Assembly (NCBI GenBank): GCA_022508805.1 | Contig: JAFLUM010000002.1 | Span: 115,394 to 179,393, forward strand | DNA: 64,000 nt | DNA from: Oscillospiraceae bacterium | Lineage (GTDB): Bacteria; Bacillota; Clostridia; Oscillospirales; Acutalibacteraceae | Direction: 5' to 3' | In this document: in pieces, positions 40,147-48,440 of the stretch | Position numbering within the stretch: position 1 is the first letter of the stretch | Layout of the letters: the number at the start of each line of letters is the position of its first letter | The notes under the pieces: generated by a model | The model's input: only the letters and a program-made list of their open reading frames with translations | Told to the model about the DNA's origin: nothing | Databases searched by the model: none | Position numbers and translations under genes: made by a program

Positions 40147-40728
40147 TTATCTTTTATAGAATACCTTGTCAACAAGACCGTACTCCATAGCTTCCTGTGC
40201 TGTCATAAAGTTATCGCGCTCTGTGTCGGCAGCAATTACCTCCAACGGCTTACCTGTATTCTCAGCGAGTATCTTATTAAGTCTGTCACGAGTTCTGAGA
40301 ATATGGTCGGCGGTAATTTTGATGTCGCTCGCCTGTCCCTGAGCTCCGCCTGAGGGCTGATGGATCATAATTTCACTGTTGGGCAGCGCATATCTTTTGC
40401 CTTTCGCACCGGAGGAGAGCAGAAAAGCGCCCATGCTCGCCGCCATACCCATACAGATAGTTGATACGTCGCACTTGATATACTGCATAGTATCATAAAT
40501 AGCAAGTCCTGCGGAAACAGAACCGCCGGGGCTGTTTATATAAAGACTTATATCCTTTTCACTGTCCTGTCCCTCAAGATAAAGAAGCTGTGCAACAACG
40601 AGAGAAGCTGTAGCGTCGTTAACTTCATCCGATAAAACGATTATTCTGTCGTTGAGCAGACGTGAGAATATATCGTACGATCTCTCGCCGCGATTTGTTT
40701 GCTCAACTACGTAAGGTACAAGTGCCAT
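40147..40728 (-). CDS. clpP: ATP-dependent Clp protease proteolytic subunit
   Basis: Catalytic contexts GMAASMGA and MIHQP, in a 193-aa protein. Confidence 0.97.
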   Translation of the reverse strand: MALVPYVVEQTNRGERSYDIFSRLLNDRIIVLSDEVNDATASLVVAQLLYLEGQDSEKDISLYINSPGGSVSAGLAIYDTMQYIKCDVSTICMGMAASMGAFLLSSGAKGKRYALPNSEIMIHQPSGGAQGQASDIKITADHILRTRDRLNKILAENTGKPLEVIAADTERDNFMTAQEAMEYGLVDKVFYKR

Positions 40729-40844
40729 AAATAAAACCTCCTAAATTCCTTTTAACGCACATTGAAGAACCGCCCAAAAGTAATGTTACTTAATTATTGG
40801 ACAATTCTTCAAGGCTTATACACGATTATCTTTTTGGTAAGCGA

Positions 40845-42260
40845 TTATTCTTCCGTCGGATTTTCCTCGCTCTGCTTTTTTGTTGTTTTCTTAGCAGCCG
40901 TCTTTTTTGCAGGCTTTTCCTCTTTTGCATCATCTGCTTTCTTTGGAGCAGCCTTTTTGGCGGCAGTCTTTTTAACGGCTTTTTCTTCCGTTATTTCCGC
41001 ACTGTCTTTAATGAGGTCTATTGCCTTTCTGGATTTTATATCACTCTCAACGGTCTCGGCAGGAAGAGATTTCTTGATAACATCAACTTCCATATTATAT
41101 GTTTCGGCGAGCTTTTTGTATTCCTCGTCGAGTTCATCTTCGGACACTTCGATATTTTCTGCCTTTACGACGGCTTCAAGTGCCAACTGAAGCTTAACGC
41201 GTGACTCTGCGCCTGCCTTGTAGCCTTCTCTGAAAGCGCCGTTATCCATACCGGTGTATTTGAGATATGTATCAAGGTCAAGTCCCTGTGCGCTGAGTCT
41301 GTAGGCAAACTCATTGATCATTTCGTCGACTTCTTTTTCGATCATAACGGGAGGAATTTCCGCCTCAATACCGTTTGCGACAGTTTCAAGAAGCTCCTCA
41401 GTGACACTGTTGTCCGCATCGGTCTTCTTTTTATTCTCCAAATCGCTCTTGATGCTCTTTTTAAGCTGATCAAGAGTGTCATATTCGCTGACATCCTTAA
41501 CAAATTCATCGTCAAGTTCAGGCAATTCTTTCTTTTTGATGGAGTGGAGCTTGATCTTGAAAACAGCATCCTTTGAAGCAAGATCCTCCTGATATTCCTC
41601 AGGGAAGGTCACGTTAACGTCAAATTCCTCACCCACGGTATGACCGATGATTTGATCTTCAAAGCCGGGGATAAACTGACCGCTGCCGATAGTAAGATTA
41701 TAGCTTTCAGCCTTACCGCCCTCAAAGGCTTTTCCGTCAACAAAGCCCTCAAAATCGATGACAACCGTATCGTCCTTCTCGACAGCTCTGTCGTCGATGT
41801 CGACCATTCTTGAATTCTGCTCCTGCATTCTTGCAAGCTCAGCCTTGACCTCATCCGCCGTTACCTTGACAGCAGGCTTTGACACCTTTATTCCCTTATA
41901 TTCGCCGAGCTTGACCTCAGGCTTAACTGTTACCTTGAGCTTTAACAGAACACCGTTTTTGCCGATTTCGGGAACCTCAAGATCAAAGGGAGTATCAACA
42001 ACCTGGAGACCTGACTCCTCTATTGCCTCGCTGACGGCCTCGGGATAAATTATTTCAAGCGCATCCTCATAAAAAACGCCCTCGCCGTAAAGTCTCTCAA
42101 TGAAATTTCTCGGAGCCTTGCCCTTTCTGAAACCCTTGACGGCTATATTCTTTCTCTGCTTTAAGTAGGCTTTGTTAACAGCCTCCTCAAATTTTTCGCC
42201 GTCAATGGCAATTTCGAGCTGATAGACGTTTGTCTCAACCTTTTCTGACTTTTTTAACAT
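40845..42260 (-). CDS. tig: trigger factor with Lys/Ala-rich C-terminal extension
   Basis: Ribosome-binding signature GFRKGKAP and a FKBP-type PPIase middle domain. A tail of about 45 aa (KKTAAKKAAPKK...KKTAAKKTTKK) extends beyond the usual length. Confidence 0.95.
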   Translation of the reverse strand: MLKKSEKVETNVYQLEIAIDGEKFEEAVNKAYLKQRKNIAVKGFRKGKAPRNFIERLYGEGVFYEDALEIIYPEAVSEAIEESGLQVVDTPFDLEVPEIGKNGVLLKLKVTVKPEVKLGEYKGIKVSKPAVKVTADEVKAELARMQEQNSRMVDIDDRAVEKDDTVVIDFEGFVDGKAFEGGKAESYNLTIGSGQFIPGFEDQIIGHTVGEEFDVNVTFPEEYQEDLASKDAVFKIKLHSIKKKELPELDDEFVKDVSEYDTLDQLKKSIKSDLENKKKTDADNSVTEELLETVANGIEAEIPPVMIEKEVDEMINEFAYRLSAQGLDLDTYLKYTGMDNGAFREGYKAGAESRVKLQLALEAVVKAENIEVSEDELDEEYKKLAETYNMEVDVIKKSLPAETVESDIKSRKAIDLIKDSAEITEEKAVKKTAAKKAAPKKADDAKEEKPAKKTAAKKTTKKQSEENPTEE

Positions 42261-42373
42261 TAAACAGTCCTCCTGAAAATAAATGTTTACCTATACCGAA
42301 AAATGAGTATATCATAATAAAGAAAAAAATACAATATTTTCCGTTGTTTTTTTATTTGTAATAACAGTAAATT

Positions 42374-43066
42374 TTATCCCAAACTTATAGAATACGGGCA
42401 AAATTCCAAATAATCTGCCGACACAAGGCGAAAATCAATGCCGTGCTTTTTACCGTTCACGGCAATATGTGCTGCTCCCCCGTGCAAATGACCGTAATAA
42501 CAGCGTTTTATTCCGTTTGCGAGAAGAACGTCCAATATCGGTTCGCAATCACCCACGTTGCTGACGGGAGGATAATGCAAAAATACGACCGTCTCGCCGC
42601 CAAGCTTTTTCGCCTCGTCAATAGAGCGCTGAAGCCGAGCACATTCACGGGCCATTATTTTGTCTTCGCCCTGCTTTTCAGCATCAAAGAACCAACCGCG
42701 TGTACCGGCTACGGAAATGTCACCGATACGGTATGCATTATTATTGAGTATTTTCAACGTGTCAAAGCCCTTTGACTGAAAATAATTATTCATTTTTGTC
42801 AAAGTGTTCCACCAGTAATCGTGATTACCTTTTATAAGTATTTTTGTTCCGTTAAGACCGTTTAAAAATTCAAAATCCTTTTCGGATTCCGAGAGCGTCA
42901 TTCCCCACGAAATATCACCGTTTATTATCACCGTATCCTCTGTTTTTACTAATTTTTGCCATTTGTTTTGAAGCCGCAGGACATAATCATCCCAGCCTTT
43001 AAAAACATTCATGGGTTTATCGGATGAAAATGATAAATGAGTATCACCGATTGCAAAGACAGACAT
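42374..43066 (-). CDS. metallophosphoesterase family protein
   Basis: Calcineurin-like motifs GDTH, GDISW, GNHDYWW and a later H..H. Confidence 0.85.
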   Translation of the reverse strand: MSVFAIGDTHLSFSSDKPMNVFKGWDDYVLRLQNKWQKLVKTEDTVIINGDISWGMTLSESEKDFEFLNGLNGTKILIKGNHDYWWNTLTKMNNYFQSKGFDTLKILNNNAYRIGDISVAGTRGWFFDAEKQGEDKIMARECARLQRSIDEAKKLGGETVVFLHYPPVSNVGDCEPILDVLLANGIKRCYYGHLHGGAAHIAVNGKKHGIDFRLVSADYLEFCPYSISLG

Positions 43067-43133
43067 AAGGTAATTTCTCCTATGAATAACCGTTTAAAAA
43101 CATCAAAAGATATGTGCGAAGGGAGGTTTAAAA

Positions 43134-43301
43134 ATGGAACACATCAACCGAAATATAACTTGTGACGCTTGTCACTGCGCCTACAACGACGGTCATATGA
43201 ACTGTATGGCGAAGGAAATTGAAGTAGGCACACACAGCGCCTGCTGCTGTGACGATACAAGATGCGCCACGTTTAAAATGGAAAGTGAAGGCAAAAGATA
43301 A
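43134..43301 (+). CDS. DUF1540 cysteine-rich small protein (55 aa, absent from ORF track)
   Basis: My hand translation gives MEHINRNITCDACHCAYNDGHMNCMAKEIEVGTHSACCCDDTRCATFKMESEGKR. GGGAGG lies at 43121-43126 and a terminator follows. Confidence 0.7.
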   Translation: MEHINRNITCDACHCAYNDGHMNCMAKEIEVGTHSACCCDDTRCATFKMESEGKR

Positions 43302-43313
43302 GTGCCATAAGAG

Positions 43314-43346
43314 TGCGGAAACCTTGTTGGTTTCCGCAAATTTTTG
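43314..43346. terminator. bidirectional intrinsic terminator
   Basis: TGCGGAAACC-ttgtt-GGTTTCCGCA followed by AATTTTT, between convergent genes. Confidence 0.85.
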
Positions 43347-43349
43347 GAA

Positions 43350-44843
43350 TTATATACCCAGCATATCGAATACGACCTGCTTCATATTTTCCTTTTCGGA
43401 AACTCCCGTGAAACGCGGTGTTTTGCCCTTTAAGGCTGCAAGCTGACTCGGTACGGGCGCACCTGATTTTTCCAACAGCTCATCGACCGTATCGAATTCA
43501 TTATCTGCGTTGACAGTATCAGTAATTGCCGAAAGCACGCTGGCTGAGAACTTATATGGGTTGGCTGTTGAAGCGATAACTGTAGGCGTTTTATCACCTG
43601 TTTCTGCGGCGTATTCGTCATAGACCTTAACGGCAACGGCTGTGTGGGTGTCGCAAAGATAATTTTTCTCTTGGAATACCCTTTTAATAGTATCCTTTGT
43701 ACCGTTATCGTCGCAACAACCTGCCGCGAACAGAGCTTTGATCTCGGCAAATACATCATCGTTGACAGAATATTTTCCGTTTTCGGCAAGCTGAGACATC
43801 CACTCTTTAATTTGTGTGTCATCTTCACCGCAAAGGTGGAAAAGAAGTCTTTCTAAATTACTGGAGATAAGAATATCCATTGACGGTGACGACGTGCAGT
43901 AAAACTCTCTGTTTTTATCGTAAACGCCTGTAGTGAGGAAATCCGTAAGAACATTATTTGCGTTTGAAGCACAGATAAGAGTTTTGACGGGAATGCCCAT
44001 TCTTTTTGCGTAATATGCGGCAAGGATATTTCCGAAATTGCCTGTGGGAACCACCACATTTATCTCCTCACCGTTTTTAAGTGAGCCGTTTTCAATCATA
44101 TCGCAATAGGCGGATACATAATAGACTATCTGGGGAACAAGTCTGCCCCAGTTAATTGAGTTGGCTGAGGAAAAAGCGAATCCGTTCTCTTTGAATTTCT
44201 TTTCCACGTCTTTATCGGTAAAAATCTTTTTAACTCCGCTTTGAGCATCGTCAAAATTTCCCTCTATGGCGCAAACGCTTACGTTTGCACCCTCTTGCGT
44301 AGTCATTTGCAGCTTTTGCATGGGGCTTACGCCGTCAACGGGATAGAACACAAGTATTTTCGTGTTTGGAACGTCACAAAAGCCCTCCAGTGCCGCTTTG
44401 CCTGTGTCACCTGAGGTGGCAACGAGTATGACAACCTGCGTATCTTTAAGGGTTTTTCCTGTTGAAACGGTAAGAAGATAAGGCAGAAGCTGAAGAGCCA
44501 TATCTTTAAATGCGCAGGTAGGACCGCGCCAAAGCTCAAGAACATTGGCGGTTTCGGACAGCTTATATAGAGGAGCAACTTTTTCGGAGCTGAATTTCCC
44601 CTCTCTATATGCTCCCTCAACGCACTCTGCTATTTCGTCGTCGGAAAAATCCGTAAGATACAGCTTTAATACGGCTTTTGCACGTTCAATATAGCTGAGA
44701 GGAACAAGGCTTTCAATAAAATCAGGAGTTATTTTCGGTATTTCCATGGGAACAAAAAGTCCTCCGTCGGGAGATATACCTTTAGTTATTGCCTCGGCAG
44801 ACGTAACGCGTACCGATTTATCTCTTGTGCTTGTGTAAAACAT
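43350..44843 (-). CDS. thrC: threonine synthase (long form)
   Basis: PLP-lysine context CAFKDMALQ and N-terminus FYTSTRDK...GGLFVP. I set the start to ATG 44843, 8 nt after AGGAAG; the track ORF runs to 44852. Confidence 0.95.
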   Translation of the reverse strand: MFYTSTRDKSVRVTSAEAITKGISPDGGLFVPMEIPKITPDFIESLVPLSYIERAKAVLKLYLTDFSDDEIAECVEGAYREGKFSSEKVAPLYKLSETANVLELWRGPTCAFKDMALQLLPYLLTVSTGKTLKDTQVVILVATSGDTGKAALEGFCDVPNTKILVFYPVDGVSPMQKLQMTTQEGANVSVCAIEGNFDDAQSGVKKIFTDKDVEKKFKENGFAFSSANSINWGRLVPQIVYYVSAYCDMIENGSLKNGEEINVVVPTGNFGNILAAYYAKRMGIPVKTLICASNANNVLTDFLTTGVYDKNREFYCTSSPSMDILISSNLERLLFHLCGEDDTQIKEWMSQLAENGKYSVNDDVFAEIKALFAAGCCDDNGTKDTIKRVFQEKNYLCDTHTAVAVKVYDEYAAETGDKTPTVIASTANPYKFSASVLSAITDTVNADNEFDTVDELLEKSGAPVPSQLAALKGKTPRFTGVSEKENMKQVVFDMLGI

Positions 44844-44868
44844 AAAGAACACTTCCTTTTCACACGGT

Positions 44869-44897
44869 ATTTTAGCATATTATAATATTGTAATCAA
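44869..44897 (-). promoter_or_regulatory. candidate sigma-A promoter of thrC (TTGATT-17-TAAAAT)
   Basis: Minus-strand hexamers lie at plus 44892-44897 and 44869-44874. Confidence 0.4.
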
Positions 44898-44921
44898 TTA
44901 TCAGTCGATAATAATCATTAG

Positions 44922-45455
44922 TTACTTTAAACGCTTTATGTCTTTCAACAGTATTATCAAAGATATCACAGCGTATATTAACGGCGGTAAAACAATGAAT
45001 AATAAAAAATTTCCTTGAGTGCTATTCACTGCAAACAATACAACTCCTAAAGCAATTACTAAAAGAATTACACAAAAAACTACAAAACAAATATAGTGTC
45101 TTAAATAATTTGAATTTCTCATTTTTACAAAACGGAAATACTCTTTATCAAGTTTTGTAAAATCCGCCTCGAAGACTCCTTTGTTTCTTTTATTCAATTC
45201 AGATTTACCGTTTGATTTTCCGTATTTCGTTTTAGCCATATGGTAATCGGAAGATAATCCCTTTTCTGTTCCGAACGTTGAGTACATCAAATACTCCCCG
45301 TCATAAGGGTTACATTTACAAAATAAGAAATTCCAACCATTAACATCAATTAATTGCCAGCCTTCCTTTGCCTGTTGCTTTAACCACATTTCTGTTTTGT
45401 TAACCGTCGCAGGTGTATACAGATGTACTCGCTTAATTGTATTATTTTTTTCCAT
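44922..45455 (-). CDS. DUF2812-like membrane protein
   Basis: The N-terminal pattern E.WL...AKEGW.L......F.F resembles DUF2812. Two C-terminal TM helices are present. The gene is low in GC. Confidence 0.75.
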   Translation of the reverse strand: MEKNNTIKRVHLYTPATVNKTEMWLKQQAKEGWQLIDVNGWNFLFCKCNPYDGEYLMYSTFGTEKGLSSDYHMAKTKYGKSNGKSELNKRNKGVFEADFTKLDKEYFRFVKMRNSNYLRHYICFVVFCVILLVIALGVVLFAVNSTQGNFLLFIVLPPLIYAVISLIILLKDIKRLK

Positions 45456-45568
45456 GATTCGTCACCAAATCGCCATGCCTTTTGATAAGAAAATACGGAC
45501 CAACTTAATGATAAATTTTAGATGCTATGCTTGCCAACACACAGAACCATCCCCTGTGTTTCTAAATA

Positions 45569-45862
45569 TTAAAACTGTACATCTCGATAATACGCAGATT
45601 CCTTTTGACGGCTAATTTCAAAAGCATTATATTCATCTTTCGTGTATGCATTAAAATCAAAAAATTCCTCAACATTACGGTACGGCATTTTTTCACCCAA
45701 TTCAGTCATAATTTGAATATAACACTTTATTTTATTAGTTGTAGAAACCGCTGAATAATGAGGATCTGTTTCCGAATCTGATAACACGTGATCGATGAGA
45801 TTCCCAATATGATCTTCCATATCATTTAGCAGATACTTTAGTTTTTCTACATCAATATCCAT
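45569..45862 (-). CDS. hypothetical acidic 97-aa protein
   Basis: GGAGAAG RBS 7 nt upstream of the ATG. I recognise no motif. Confidence 0.65.
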   Translation of the reverse strand: MDIDVEKLKYLLNDMEDHIGNLIDHVLSDSETDPHYSAVSTTNKIKCYIQIMTELGEKMPYRNVEEFFDFNAYTKDEYNAFEISRQKESAYYRDVQF

Positions 45863-45946
45863 ATATTACTTCTCCAGACTCTGAAAAAATAGTGGTCGGT
45901 TCTATATCTATACTGCTATTTAAGCCGTTTTTCAAAATCTCCTTGC

Positions 45947-46543
45947 TTACAAAGACACAGAACCGTTTTCTGTCTTTCCTTTGTACTTATCAATAAGATT
46001 TTTCTTTTGTTGAACCGTTGAGCAGAAACCAATTATATAAGATAACAACGCCAGCAGTCCTCCGACAAAAAGAAACATGGTACAAAGCCGTCCGATTACA
46101 GAATAATCACCCGTTAACGTCGCATATGCGCCGACAAACGCCATAAAGGCTGCAATAATCGTCTTTTGAATCAACACTCGTCTTGTATACATTAACCTGT
46201 CCATATAAAAATCCTGTAGATTCACATTTTCCCTTGTGATCCGAAAGATATCAAAATAACCTTGCTGAATCAAATTACCTCGATACTCGTCTGATTTCAA
46301 GAGAATTTGCCAATCCCCAAATGGTCCGGTATCTTTTGGAAGGATATATGTAAATACGTATTGTACTTTCTTTGGGGCAGACGTTTGAAAAGTGAAAAAA
46401 TAACGAAATCTTGATTTAACAAATCGATATCCATTCTGCTCCAGTTCGTTTAGTATTTTTTCAGCCTTTTCCATATTCCAAAAAGTGACAAAAATGAATT
46501 TCCGTTTTTGCTCTATTGATTTAGAAGAGTAATGTTTTTTCAA
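45947..46543 (-). CDS. DUF2812-like membrane protein (paralogue)
   Basis: An N-terminal alpha/beta module (EKAEKILNELEQNGYRFVK..FRYFFTF) and two C-terminal TM helices. It has a TTG start 9 nt after GAGGAG. Confidence 0.7.
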   Translation of the reverse strand: MKKHYSSKSIEQKRKFIFVTFWNMEKAEKILNELEQNGYRFVKSRFRYFFTFQTSAPKKVQYVFTYILPKDTGPFGDWQILLKSDEYRGNLIQQGYFDIFRITRENVNLQDFYMDRLMYTRRVLIQKTIIAAFMAFVGAYATLTGDYSVIGRLCTMFLFVGGLLALLSYIIGFCSTVQQKKNLIDKYKGKTENGSVSL

Positions 46544-46591
46544 TAGATAACACTCCTCAGTGTTCTCTCATATAGATTTTTTTGATATAAA

Positions 46592-46957
46592 TCAGGACTC
46601 AAAGGCGTTTTCAATGTGATTGATTTTAACAGGTTCACCGTTTTCAAAATAAACCTCGATCACATCAAAGCGTATTTGCTTTTGAGGCTTTTTCACACTC
46701 ATATAAAGCCCTGCAGCGGCAATTATTTTTGCTCTTTTAGCAGCATCGACTGCATCAGACGGGGCATACATCATATTTTCACTGCGAGTTTTGACTTCTA
46801 CAAAGCAAAGATATTTTCTGTCCTCGGCAATAATGTCTATTTCGCCCAGTCTGCACCTGTAATTTGCCTCGACAATAATGTATCCGTGACGGCGAAGGTA
46901 TCTGGCGGCTTCTATTTCACCCAATTCGCCGATCAGACGTTTATCCATTATTTTCAC
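46592..46957 (-). CDS. yraN: YraN family (UPF0102) endonuclease-like protein
   Basis: Pattern G..GE..A..YL...GY.I...N.R...GEIDII......L.FVEVK.R. Confidence 0.88.
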   Translation of the reverse strand: MKIMDKRLIGELGEIEAARYLRRHGYIIVEANYRCRLGEIDIIAEDRKYLCFVEVKTRSENMMYAPSDAVDAAKRAKIIAAAGLYMSVKKPQKQIRFDVIEVYFENGEPVKINHIENAFES

Positions 46958-47552
46958 CTATAATTTTTTTAAGAAAGCTTTTGCGGTGTACTGGTGATAT
47001 CCCGAATTTTTCTATCATCTCATAATGAAGCTTTGTTCCGTAGCCTTTATGCTGTTCAAAAAGGTATTGGGGATATTCCTTTGCCAAATCAAGCATAAAG
47101 CGGTCACGGCTGACCTTTGCAAGGATAGACGCGGCGGCTACCGACATACTTTTGCCGTCACCCTTAACTATCGTTTCTTCGGTTACTCCGCCGATATGAG
47201 GATATCTGTTGCCGTCGATAAGGGCGTAATCCGGCTTAACTGCCAGTCCGTCCACGGCTCTTTTCATAGCGAGAAAGGTGGCATTAAGAATATTTATTTC
47301 GTCAATTTCCTGTTCGCTTGCGGTGCCTACCGAAAAGGCGACTGCCTTTTCACAGATAATGTCAAAAAGCTGTTCTCTTTTTTTCTCTGAAAGCTTTTTT
47401 GAGTCGTTTAGTCCGTCTATAACGAGTCCAGTGGGAAGTATGACTGCGGCGGCGTATACAGGACCTGCAAGGGGACCTCTGCCTGCCTCGTCAATGCCGC
47501 AGACGGTTTTAAATCCTTGTGATATTGCCCTTGTTTCGTAAAAATAATCCAT
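46941..47552 (-). CDS. rnhB: ribonuclease HII
   Basis: GIDEAGRGPLAGPV and DSKKLS motifs are present. Confidence 0.95.
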   Translation of the reverse strand: MDYFYETRAISQGFKTVCGIDEAGRGPLAGPVYAAAVILPTGLVIDGLNDSKKLSEKKREQLFDIICEKAVAFSVGTASEQEIDEINILNATFLAMKRAVDGLAVKPDYALIDGNRYPHIGGVTEETIVKGDGKSMSVAAASILAKVSRDRFMLDLAKEYPQYLFEQHKGYGTKLHYEMIEKFGISPVHRKSFLKKIIGENNG

Positions 47553-47554
47553 AT

Positions 47555-48424
47555 TTATTTCTCCGGTCGTTCAAGAGAGATAGTACCAAGCTTACCTGCG
47601 CGGTATTCGTCAAGCAGCATAACGGACGCTCGCTGAGTGTCGATCTCACCGCCCTTTATTATCATACCGCGTTTTTTACCAATCATTTCAAGAAGCTCCC
47701 ACGGTTCTTTTTCCTCAAAATCGGATATTTTATATCGCTCGCGCAGTCTGTCGGCATAATCAGTCTTCATAACATCAAGAAGTCTTTCGGCAAGTATCTC
47801 ACTGTCAAGTATCTCGTCCTTAACAGAGCCGATAAAGGCAAGACGGTCGCCCACCTTCGGGTCATCGAATTTAGGCCACAGGACACCGGGAGTATCAAGC
47901 AGCTCTATTCCGTTGCCGATGGCGAACCACTGATTTTGGCGTGTGACACCTGCTTTGTCGGCGACCTTTGCGCGCGCAGACCCTGCCATTCTGTTGATAA
48001 AGGAGGATTTACCTGTATTGGGTATGCCGACAACCATAATGCGGAGCGCTCTGCCTGCCATGCCGCGTTCTTCGTTCTGCTTTATTTTATCCTTAAGTAC
48101 CTCGCGCACCGCGGTAATATAATTATTAAGTCCCCTGCCCGAGCGACAATCAGCGGCGACAGCGCGTACACCGATTTTTTTATAATATTCTATCCACTGC
48201 GCGGTTGCGGTTCTGTCCGCCATATCGCTCTTATTCAAAAGCACGATACGCGGTTTATTGCCGATAAGCTCAGAAAGCTCGGGATTTGAGCTGCTGTAAG
48301 GTATTCTTGCGTCAATTATTTCCGTCACGCCGTCCACAAGAGGCAGACTTTCTTTAATAAGGCGGCGGGTTTTCGCCATATGACCGGGAAACCACTGAAC
48401 GATTTGCTTTTGACTGTCAGGCAT
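47555..48424 (-). CDS. rbgA: ribosome biogenesis GTPase A (YlqF)
   Basis: N-terminal WFPGHMAK and circularly permuted G motifs (NKSD ... GIPNTGKSS). Confidence 0.93.
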   Translation of the reverse strand: MPDSQKQIVQWFPGHMAKTRRLIKESLPLVDGVTEIIDARIPYSSSNPELSELIGNKPRIVLLNKSDMADRTATAQWIEYYKKIGVRAVAADCRSGRGLNNYITAVREVLKDKIKQNEERGMAGRALRIMVVGIPNTGKSSFINRMAGSARAKVADKAGVTRQNQWFAIGNGIELLDTPGVLWPKFDDPKVGDRLAFIGSVKDEILDSEILAERLLDVMKTDYADRLRERYKISDFEEKEPWELLEMIGKKRGMIIKGGEIDTQRASVMLLDEYRAGKLGTISLERPEK

Positions 48425-48440
48425 TTTATATCTCCTTGGT

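Noticed and set aside
40729-40844. CtsR (GGTCAAA tandem) or CIRCE operators upstream of clpP. The same check was made for lon at 28009-28150.
   Set aside because: Neither a GGTCAAA direct repeat nor a TTAGCACTC-N9-GAGTGCTAA element is present in either spacer.
40762-41204. Two overlapping plus-strand ORFs of about 140 aa, rich in Phe, Ser and Leu.
   Set aside because: They are the reverse-complement reading of the Lys/Ala/Glu-rich tail and C-domain of tig, so they are an artefact of codon repetition.
44853-46591. Interpreting the islet as a mobile element or prophage remnant.
   Set aside because: There are no integrase or transposase genes, no tRNA target and no flanking direct or inverted repeats that I could find. 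Only the compositional shift supports foreign origin.
47519-48289. A 256-aa plus-strand ORF.
   Set aside because: It lies entirely antisense to the well-supported rbgA gene. It has no RBS and low-complexity, motif-free sequence, so it is a typical shadow ORF.
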